NCBI GenBank assembly: GCA_001179505.1 | Contig: CDMY01000936.1 | Coordinates: forward strand, 1-9,742 | DNA from: Vitrella brassicaformis CCMP3155 | Lineage: Eukaryota > Protista > Chromerida | Length of the DNA stretch: 9,742 nucleotides | Reading direction: 5' to 3' | Part shown: positions 1 to 7,353 of the stretch, piece after piece | How positions within the stretch are numbered: the stretch's first letter is position 1 | Layout: the number at the start of each line of letters is the position of its first letter | The notes under the pieces: generated by a model | Seen by the model: the letters and a program-made list of their open reading frames with translations, nothing else | What the model was told of the DNA's origin: nothing | Database searches by the model: none | Translations under genes and position numbers: made by a program

Positions 1-410
1 CTGATGCACGCTGTATCCACGAGCGCTGCCCATACTGCCCCGCGTCGATGGCGGACAGACGCTTGAGGGCCCCTAGATCGTAGTTGCGCTCGTCTGCGAT
101 GTGGGACCACACGGTGCCGACGGTGGCCTGCTTGAGGTGGGGGAATGCGACGGGCTCCTCGTTGTCCGGCAGGTCGATCTTCTTGAACTGGCCGGTCTTG
201 TCGCGCATCATGCGCTCGACGGTCAGGCGCGCGTGGCGGTCGGTCACCTGGCGGCGGTTGTGCTGCAGCCCCAGTGCCTCCTTCTCAGTGGACACCGAAG
301 CCTGCAGCACGACGCTCTCGACGGTTGGGGCCAGGCTCTCGAGAGCAGATACAGCAGCGACGGGGGGGTGGGGCGGTGGTTGATGAGCAGATGCTTGCAC
401 AACGAACGAC
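1..410 (-). CDS. Exon of a hypothetical protein gene; continues beyond the left edge of the window
   Basis: Minus frame is open 410->1 (not in the ORF track): SFVVQASAHQPPPHPPVAAVSALESLAPTVESVVLQASVSTEKEALGLQHNRRQVTDRHARLTVERMMRDKTGQFKKIDLPDNEEPVAFPHLKQATVGTVWSHIADERNYDLGALKRLSAIDAGQYGQRSWIQRAS. Codons mostly end in G/C. The exon starts right after the acceptor gtgtgtgtag| at 411. No family recognised. Confidence 0.75.
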
Positions 411-478
411 CTACACACACCACAACACATCTGGTGTGTGCCCATTCCCGTCTGTTCTTTCATCGCTCCGTTACTTAC
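411..478 (-). other. Spliceosomal intron, 68 nt, phase 2
   Basis: Minus strand gac gc|GTAAGT...gtgtgtAG|g tcg ttc. Splicing removes the in-frame TAA at 475-477 and joins EFDA to SFVVQ in frame. Confidence 0.75.
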
Positions 479-1005
479 GCGTCAAATTCTTGGTGGTGTC
501 CATGGATGGCCACGTAGGCTCCCTGGCCTGCATGGACACATACAAGCCAGGAACGCATCCAATGTCGGTGCATTCCGGTGTGGATCTTTCTTACGAGCTC
601 AAACGTCTTGTGCGCCCCCCCGCTGCCTTTCTTTTGGAGCATTTTGGCGGTGGCGCTTTTCGGCGGGGTCATCATGAGGTCGTAGACCCACCCGACCGGC
701 TTACTATCCATCCACTTATCGATGTCCGTCAGGTGGACCCTTGGACCGACGCGCCACCACGTGACGGCCAAGGCGCCCAACAGGACCAGCAAACTGTGCA
801 TCGCGCTGGAATACACCATCATGCGAATGCTTTCAGCAGGAGAACCTTTCCAAAAGCCTTTGCAAAGTTTTTTTTCAAGTCGATCGACAGGCTCTTCCTT
901 TAGCTCGCACGATGCGCTTGAGAAAGGATCTGGCCAATCTCTTCCATAGAAGTGACCAGCATGCTGTCCTGCATCAGCAGAAGGTCGAGCCGACGCTGAG
1001 TGTTG
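479..1005 (-). CDS. Upstream exon of the same hypothetical gene; 5' boundary uncertain (minimum 479-527)
   Basis: Frame of ORF 475..822 is open from 1005 to the donor at 478 (...ELKEEPVDRLEKKLCKGFWKGSPAESIRMMVYSSAMHSLLVLLGALAVTWW...HQEFDA). An alternative acceptor tccatgcAG| at 528 would make it a 49-nt exon. Confidence 0.45.
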
Positions 1006-1131
1006 TCATTACACAAAGATCTGCTTCAAATTGTACGGGGCCCGCACCCCGAGTGAGGATGGATGTAACACAAAGCCAGTAACTGTACCGCTACCACATA
1101 AACACATTCACACGGGGACTGCGAGAAAGGG

Positions 1132-1161
1132 AGAAGGGCAGTAGAGCAGAAGGGCAGTAGA
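1132..1161. repeat. Direct repeat AGAAGGGCAGTAGA x2 (16-bp period)
   Basis: Identical 14-mers at 1132-1145 and 1148-1161. Confidence 0.85.
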
Positions 1162-1224
1162 ACGGTCGTGTCCGCTTGGCAGCCGAAATGCGGCTCAATG
1201 CGGCAGGCCTCTCTCCCCTTGTCG

Positions 1225-1288
1225 GTCTGTCTGTCTGTCTGTCTCACAGATGGCGGACCACTCACTGCACTCACTGCACTGACTGCAC
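1225..1288. repeat. Microsatellites (GTCT)5 and ~(CACTGCACT)3
   Basis: gtctgtctgtctgtctgtct at 1225-1244; cactcactgcactcactgcactgactgcac at about 1259-1288. Confidence 0.85.
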
Positions 1289-2565
1289 ACAGGCAGGCAG
1301 ACATACATATACGTACCTGCACAGAGGCTAGACACACAGACAAAGGAAGCGCCTGTCTGCCGCGGGACTGAGGGGGGAGGGGAGCGCTAGCAAAAAGAGC
1401 TGACGAGGCCACGTGTGTGTGAGTGAGTATGATAGATACACGGCTGCTGCCGGTGAGTGTACAGTCGGGAGGGAGTCGGCAGCGATGTAGGGCCCTCCCT
1501 GTGTGCGTGCGGCTCCAAAACCAATCGGCACGACACACCTGCACGTATGTACGGTGGGGGCGGTGCGGGCGGCAACCCCAAAACCAGAAACGCGGTGATT
1601 GTACTTACACCTGCCTGCCACAGCAGCGAGTGGGTGGGAGCTCATATGCCTGGACCTACCAGCCCAGCCAGTGCTACTAAAGCCTACACAGCCACACGGA
1701 TATGTGTGTGCCGCACACACATCAATGCTGTGTGCGATGGGTGCAGCTCAGCTCAGCCACCAAATAACACGAACACAAAGCCAGCAGACGGCTACAGGTT
1801 AGTGTCGTGTCGCGTGGTGAGAGGGAGTCGTGTTAGTCAATTGGATCGGTGCGCCGATCAATCGGACAGACACACATGCACCACGGCACGAGCCACGAGC
1901 CATGCACCAACAGCACCAGTAATGGAATCCATTCCATTCATGGAAAAATATCCAACACGCACGGACGCACGAAGGGCAAATCCCACGGGAAAGAAACACA
2001 CACCATACAGACACGCACACACACACTCCCAAGCAGCTGTCCACTGACGTACAGACGCACACACAGGTGCACGCATAGGGACATAGAGAGGGGGTGGGGT
2101 GAGTGTGTGTGGGGTGGGGGTGGATAGTGCAAGTGTGGGTATGCGTCCATGTGTATGTGTATCTGTATTTGTTTCCGTCTAAGCAAGTGCCAGACACACA
2201 CACACCGATGAACACGTGTGTGAGTGTGTGGAGGTGGAGGTGGAGGTGGCTGGTTGTGAGTGAGATGCTCTCTCTGCCCGACAGACACATGGATACATAC
2301 GTATGTGAGGGTTTCTGACTAGGCCAGCTGGCCAGCGCAGGCAGGTACATACTCACATGTAGATGGATGAGGTGTGCGGCGGCACAAGGACCTGTCGATG
2401 GGATGGATGGGCCGAAAGCAGTTGTGGAAAACGCGGCCAGCGACGAAAAACAGCGGCGGAAAGAGCAGTGCTCTTGCGCAGCAGAGGAAGCTGTGTTTCG
2501 TGTCCTGTCAGCAAGCAGTAGGAGGGAGGGGTCGACTCCAAATCAGAAGAGACAGTGTCTGCTCC

Positions 2566-2965
2566 TGGTGCGCATGTGTGTGCCTGTGTGGGTGGGCGTG
2601 TCGCGGGCCGCAAAGCAGAACCTCGGGATGACAAAAGGAAGCCTGCAGATGAATGGTGGACCAAAAATGCGGAGACAGTCAGTAAGTCGGTCAGTCAGTC
2701 AGTCAGTGGTAGGTCGCCCCAGATGCATCGGATCGACCTTTGTGTGCTCGTGGTGCGCATGTGTGTCTTGGCAGTCGGGTGTGGTGTGAAGCGGGCCGCA
2801 CCCAAAACCGCCAAAGCAGGAGAGGAGCAGTGAGCCTGTGGGTGCCTGCAGTAAGGTAAGCCTATACATCCATCCAAACAGCACACGGTGAGTGGAGTGA
2901 GTGAGTCGAATGAGCCGTGGACCAAAAATACAATACATACGCAGTCAGTCAGTAGAAGTAAGTCG
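2566..2965. repeat. Degenerate tandem duplication (copy A 2566-2689, copy B 2751-2965)
   Basis: Identical blocks in the same order: TGGTGCGCATGTGTGT (2566/2751), GCGGGCCGCA (2603/2791), GCCTGCAG (2641/2844), GTGGACCAAAAAT (2656/2917), AGTAAGTCG (2681/2957). Confidence 0.75.
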
Positions 2966-3671
2966 ACATGGATGCACACAGGCATCGCGTTACGCTCACG
3001 CCTCTACACGCATCTCGCACATCCACGAAGCATGGGTCACGATTGTCACCACATAATAGTGAATTCGTCTGTCCTCCATCCATCCATCCAGACATACACA
3101 CCGACCGATGCAGCCAGCCACCAAGCCAGACAGAACAAACACTCATTTCATTCGACCCCGAGCCAAGGCTCACGCAGCGACCACAGCTTAACTGTATATC
3201 GGCCACACACGCGCCCCTGAGAGGCCAGTAAGTCGACCAGCCAGCCGCAAGGCCCGTCCGTGGCCTTCTGACGGCGGACACTTCCGCGGACAAACACCCC
3301 ACCAAGTCCCTTACCCCCACAACACGCTGGCTGCATCACAGTCAGTCAACGGGCAGGCATGGGCCTCATTCATCCATTCTGGCAGCCAGTCATTCACAAA
3401 TAAGTACGCAACCAGAAACTACCAGACAATGCCGATGTCTACACCGACACTCTGACAGACGTCAGGCCACCCACACCCATGGCCAGCCCCGGGCCGACAC
3501 CATCCATCCATCCATCCACCCTCCACCAACCGACCTCTCGCCCCCGACAAGCACCACCACCACCACCAACCGATTGTTTCGGTCAACGAGAACACCGCCG
3601 ACGCACATAAGAAGTAGACAGACGGGGAGTAGACAGCGACACACCACACCCACGCACACGAACGAACAGGG

Positions 3672-3757
3672 AGTGTCTGCACCATACGGAGAGACGAAGA
3701 GAATACGGCAAAGCAGTGTCTGCACCATACGGAGAGACAAAAAGAATACGACAAAGG
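3672..3757. repeat. 43-bp tandem duplication
   Basis: agtgtctgcaccatacggagagacgaagagaatacggcaaagc (3672-3714) versus agtgtctgcaccatacggagagacaaaaagaatacgacaaagg (3715-3757); 39/43 identical. Confidence 0.9.
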
Positions 3758-3788
3758 AGAAGAAAAGGCAACGGGTAGGGCTGCTGAC

Positions 3789-4436
3789 TCAAAAGCAATA
3801 CAATACAATACACTCATTAACTAACGTACGAAAACAAAAAACAGCCATCCTCCCCCGTCTGTCTACATATATGGGGGCGCGGGGGCCTCTTTTCGTGGTG
3901 GCGGTGGATGGTGGGTGGGGTGCTTCTCGTCGGCCGGAGAGGGCACAGACGCTGCGGGCTGGTCGATGGCCGAACGACTTCAGCCCCTCCAGGAGGTCAC
4001 TGTTGCCGGTGGTGGGTGCTGGTGGCTGAGATGGACGAAGGGCAGCGCGTTTCTGTCGGTCAGCCTCGTTTGGATTTATCTCACTGCCCACAACCACGTC
4101 GTGCCCTTGAGGCAGCAGCTGTGGTGGCGACACCAGCCGAGCGCCCTTCTTGTCCCACTGGTCGTCTGCAACCACCCGCATGAACCTCTCGGTGCACGCC
4201 GTGCAGCCGCTGGGGACCATGTAGGATGGGATGGAGGAGAGGCCCTCCAATATGGACCCCTGGGGGGCCGACCAGTGGTTGAGCAGCTGGGACTGCAGCT
4301 GCTCGACCGTCTTGGGAGGGGAGCTGATAGAGTGGCTGTCCGCTCGATGAGCTAACTGCCGATCGACTTGCTGGGCATCCTGTCGTCTCCTTGCGGACTC
4401 AGGGATGAGGGCGGCTGGCGGGTGCCTGCTTTGGCT
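3789..4436 (-). CDS. Coding-like open frame, hypothetical; start and splice context unresolved
   Basis: Frame of ORF 3789..4250 extends up to 4436: ...RRQDAQQVDRQLAHRADSHSISSPPKTVEQLQSQLLNHWSAPQGSILEGLSSIPSYMVPSGCTACTERFMRVVADDQWDKKGARL... with G/C-ending codons. A possible donor GTACGT at 3829. The tail below about 3900 looks non-coding. Confidence 0.45.
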   Translation of the reverse strand, partial: SQSRHPPAALIPESARRRQDAQQVDRQLAHRADSHSISSPPKTVEQLQSQLLNHWSAPQGSILEGLSSIPSYMVPSGCTACTERFMRVVADDQWDKKGARLVSPPQLLPQGHDVVVGSEINPNEADRQKRAALRPSQPPAPTTGNSDLLEGLKSFGHRPARSVCALSGRREAPHPPSTATTKRGPRAPIYVDRRGRMAVFCFRTLVNECIVLYCF

Positions 4437-4511
4437 TCATCGGTCGGGCTGGTGGCGGCTCGTAAGGAGCCAGAGTCATCTCAGGCAGACCGAAACGCAC
4501 GAAGGGCAGCA

Positions 4512-4895
4512 TCAGAGGCTGCCGAGCCAGTGGCGCAGCGGGACCCATCGTCGTCCTCCTCGCCAAAGGCCACACGCCACTTGGCCTCGCGCAGGATGAC
4601 AGGGGGGGCACTTGCTCACCTCGTCTGATCGACACGAGGGGCACGGGAGTGAGAAGCTTGTTTGTGTGCTGTGTTCGTTTCCCCATCCCTGTGTCGTGCG
4701 TACCGTCTTCGCTCTCGTCAGCGCTTTCGTCGCCCTCGTTGGTGGCGTCCTTCTTGCTACCCCACACAAACGCTGCATACACAGACCGGCACCCATCAGA
4801 TCGTCCTTGTCCCGTCTCGCCCTCCCTCCCACATGTGCCTTACGTGTCCGTCTGCTTGAATTCTCGTCATCGCTACCCCTGATCTCGATACGCAT
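4512..4895 (-). CDS. Small three-exon hypothetical gene or gene fragment: exons 4895-4844, 4772-4704, 4624-4512
   Basis: Introns 4843-4773 (GTAAGG...atgcAG, 71 nt) and 4703-4625 (GTACGC...gatcAG, 79 nt) are both phase 1 and join in frame: MRIEIRGSDDENSSRRTPFVWGSKKDATNEGDESADESEDDEVSKCPP... The start may lie upstream (frame open to about 4976). The 3' frame is ambiguous at the G7 run 4602-4608. Confidence 0.5.
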   Translation of the reverse strand: MRIEIRGSDDENSSRRTRKAHVGGRARRDKDDLMGAGLCMQRLCGVARRTPPTRATKALTRAKTVRTTQGWGNEHSTQTSFSLPCPSCRSDEVSKCPPCHPARGQVACGLWRGGRRWVPLRHWLGSL

Positions 4896-4988
4896 CTCCC
4901 CCTCGCTGCTCGCGGCCCTTTGGCCCTTCCACACATCGCTACGGCACGCCCTTAACGTCAGAGGCTCAGAGGGATGCTACTCGGCCGG

Positions 4989-5068
4989 CTAAGAGGCAGA
5001 TGGGGGGTTGGCGGCCTCGAACCAAGACGATGACGCCGCCGCTGCGGCATCGGACTGCTCACATGAGC
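4989..5068 (-). CDS. Probable terminal exon of the degraded 6600->4989 gene
   Basis: Intron 5145-5069 (GTGAGA...ttttgtgtcctttccttcctcAG, 77 nt). Phase 1 in the frame of ORF 4958..5443 gives ...KEDKDALAA-G-SCEQSDAAAAASSSWFEAANPPSAS* (TAG 4991-4989). Confidence 0.5.
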
Positions 5069-5284
5069 CTGAGGAAGGAAAGGACACAAAATCGAGATGC
5101 GAATACATTCACTTATCATGTGTGTCTCCTTGTTGCCTCTCTCACCGGCAGCAAGAGCGTCTTTGTCCTCCTTGCGCTGATTGTCCACTCCCCGTTCCTT
5201 CGCGCTGCCAGCACTCCTGGCCTTCGTGGACGCACAGCCGTCCGAACCGCCGCCCTCCGGGACCGCGCCCTCCCCACTGGGCGG

Positions 5285-5345
5285 CGACAATGCGCATGAC
5301 TGGGTGTCTGCCTTGGCTATAGATGTCGTCGACAATGCGCATGAC
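5285..5345. repeat. Exact 16-bp direct repeat CGACAATGCGCATGAC x2, 45-bp period
   Basis: Copies at 5285-5300 and 5330-5345. On the minus strand each encodes VMRIV in the same frame. Confidence 0.85.
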
Positions 5346-6687
5346 GCGCTCGGCGAGCTCTCTCTGGGTGCCGGCACAGTCATGTGCTGGATGGCCTGGG
5401 CGTGGGCCTCCTGCATGACTTGTGACCTCCTTGTCGAGCCCATGTGTGCCTCCTGTGGCTCTGCTGTGCTAGCGCTACATGTGGGTGGTGTAGAGCTGGT
5501 CCACCAGTTTCGTCAGCTGCTGGCGCCGGTGGTGCAAGCAGTAGATCCAGTAGTCGTTCCGCAGGATCAGCGCCAGATGGCTCTTGAAGACCACATAGGT
5601 GTCGGCGGCAAAGAGGCACTCCCCCATCGAGTGGAAAGCCGTCCTCCGAGCGCCTGGGTGCTCATCCTCTTCTCCACCCTCCTCATGGGACACCTTGCGC
5701 GATGTGTCCTTGCTCACCGGCACAGATGGCTGCGGCAAATGCATGAAGGACATGCTGCAGCTCTGGCTTGAGGTGATAGTCGAGTAGGCCAGGGAGAGGT
5801 CGGGGAAGGGGAGGAGGGAGGTCCGCTGAGTGCCGGTCGGCTGCACCTGGGGCACTGGGACGTCAGGCAACGCCGTGGTGTCGTCTTGTGGCTGCTTTGC
5901 CGCGGTCGCTAGGTCCTGCTGTTGCTCGGGGCGGGCATCTTGGTAGCGAATGAAGTCACTGACACGCAGAAACCACACGCACCGCACAAGGGGGAATACA
6001 CGGACGGTTTGATCGCTATCTCTGTGTGCGTCTGTGTCTGTATCTGTGCACACCGGTAGCAGTGGAGCAGCTTCACTACAACGGTCGCAAAGGTTGCTTG
6101 CGTGATCAGCCTGATCGTTCTCCTCACTCTCCGACGGCACCGCACCACCAACAACCCTCCCACTCCCCAGCTGCTGCGCGTCGCCCCCGCGGCTCTCAGG
6201 TCGGCTCCCAGTCGTTTGGTGATCGACATCCTGCTGTGCGTCTGATGGGGATAGCAGGGGCCGCTTGGCACAGAGGCGAGTCTTGGAGGACATCACTTGT
6301 GGGTAGAGAGACCGAATGACACGCTGGGAGTCGGCCTCTGTGGTGGTAGGGATGGACGAGGTCAGCGAGACGGCCGATCTCACCTCAGCCTGCCGGCCGC
6401 GTCATGCCTCCCCCACACGGTTTTCTTGCTCACGCTGCTCGGCTCGACGGCTGCTCGCTCAGCCGCTCCAGTATCATGCCCTCCAGCTCGGCCTTGGCGG
6501 CGCTCTCAGGAGATGCCGAAAGCACCTCAACGATGCTCGTCTGAGTGACGTGCTCAGGAGGGATCGCCGACTTGCCCGCCTCAGTCGTGTCCACTCGCCG
6601 TGCCAATTAACCACTTGCCCCCTCCCCCCTCCCCCCTGTCCTCAGTGGCCGTCCCCCTCGATTCCTGCGATCTGCCGTAGCTGCTGC

Positions 6688-7241
6688 TCATGCGTTGACA
6701 CGTCCCCCGACTCCCCCACAGCCACACATGCTCTGGACGGCGCCCCGTATTTGTTGGCCGAGCCAGTCGGCAGCACTGACTGCCGCCGACCAGCCGAAGG
6801 CGGTGGCGGTGCAAGCGTCCTGCCACGCCGACCGCACCTCCCAGAGGAGGGGGTCGTCGGTGGCCTCCCACAGCTCCCAGCGGCCGCTAAATGGATTCTC
6901 CTTCCAGCCGCCGTCGATTAGACAGTCGACCCGCACCCATTTGGCCGTGAATGCCTGGAAGTCGATCTCATGGGCACGACTGATGTGGATGGGTGCGGGC
7001 CCGTCATCGTCCATGGTGCGGCGCTGGTGGGGCTGGTAGGCGGGGGTGTATGGGTGGATGGGGTGGGGGAGGTGGCGTGCGGGTGGCGCAATCGTGTGGG
7101 CGGGGGGATAGATGCAGTTGGGGAGGCCTAAGAGGGGCGGGGCCGCTGGGATGGGAGCCGCCGGGATGGGGGCCGCTAGGATGGGAGCCGCCGGGATGGG
7201 GGCCGCTGGAGGCGGCACGTCGCCGGCAATTGGGCCAACTG
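6688..7241 (-). CDS. Pro-rich linker plus Trp-rich segment; possible C-terminal part of the kinase gene, or a separate 108-aa ORF from ATG 7014
   Basis: 3' part of ORF 6688..8952 after the acceptor tatcAG|cAG| (7242/7239): VGPIAGDVPPP(AAPIP)n...MDDDGPAPIHISRAHEIDFQAFTAKWVRVDCLIDGGWKENPFSGRWELWEATDDPLLWEVRSAWQDACTA...; strong coding codon bias. Confidence 0.5.
7141..7210. repeat. Coding minisatellite, 15-bp unit with 30-bp higher-order period (AAPIP/AAPIL)
   Basis: ggccgctgggatgggagccgccgggatggg followed by ggccgctaggatgggagccgccgggatggg and then ggccgctgga. Confidence 0.9.
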
Positions 7242-7353
7242 CTGATAGATGGAAACACAAACAAACAGAGACAGGGAGAGAGCAGACATGACATGAGAGG
7301 TGTCCTGTCCCCCCATACCCACCCATCCACCCATTCATCCATCCATTACTTAC
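7242..7353 (-). other. Probable spliceosomal intron, 112 nt
   Basis: Minus strand gagg|GTAAGT, then a (GGAT)n-like microsatellite, a pyrimidine-rich tract ctgctctctccctgtctctgtttgtttgtgtttcc, and a tandem CAGCAG acceptor. Confidence 0.7.

Larger units (their letters stand above)
1030..3800. other. Microsatellite-rich non-coding (intergenic/intronic) block; small exons cannot be excluded
   Basis: Dense CA/GT runs (e.g. 2000-2030, 2190-2230), (GAGGTG)3 near 2231-2248, (CAGT)4 2692-2707, (CATC)4 3501-3516, (CAC)5 3552-3566, (CAATA)3 3796-3810. ORFs here translate to VCVC/THTH low-complexity strings. Confidence 0.7.
4989..6606 (-). pseudogene. Multi-exon hypothetical gene with frame disruptions (pseudogene or assembly indels)
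   Basis: Coding-like blocks: 6606-6434 (VDTTEAGKSAIPPEHVTQTSIVEVLSASPESAAKAELEGMILERLSEQ), 6337-6054, 5958-5146, 5068-4989. Introns: 6433-6338 (GTGAGC...gctgac...accacAG), 6053-5959 (GTGTGC...gtgtcAG), 5145-5069. No single frame runs through; stops at 6198-6196 and 5477-5475. Confidence 0.4.

Noticed and set aside
84-517. Plus-strand ORFs 84..383 and 101..517
   Set aside because: Antisense shadows of the minus-strand exon 410-1, which has splice-phase support.
1576-1585. CCCCAAAACC as telomeric (ciliate-type C4A4) sequence
   Set aside because: Single isolated copies with no tandem array.
2461-2475. AAGAGCA-G-TGCTCTT inverted repeat as a terminator or MITE end
   Set aside because: One-base loop, no U-tract, no distant partner end or target-site duplication; the context is eukaryotic.
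1026-3817. Numerous 60-200-aa ORFs on both strands
   Set aside because: Translations are VCVC/THTH/SVSQ strings produced by stop-poor microsatellites; there is no coding bias or recognisable domain.
5285-5345. 16-bp repeat with 29-bp spacer as a mini CRISPR array
   Set aside because: Only two short copies, a codon-multiple period inside coding-like eukaryotic DNA, and no cas genes.
4481-5477. Stop-codon reassignment explaining in-frame TGA/TAG in coding-like frames
   Set aside because: The 1.5-kb kinase exon contains no in-frame stops and uses TGG for Trp; the breaks are mostly frame switches rather than stops.
3908-5771. Plus-strand ORFs 3915..4355, 4368..4628, 4612..4992 and 5181..5771, including hydrophobic stretches
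   Set aside because: Splice signals and codon bias favour the minus strand; the hydrophobic runs are the reverse complement of Glu/Asp/Lys codons.
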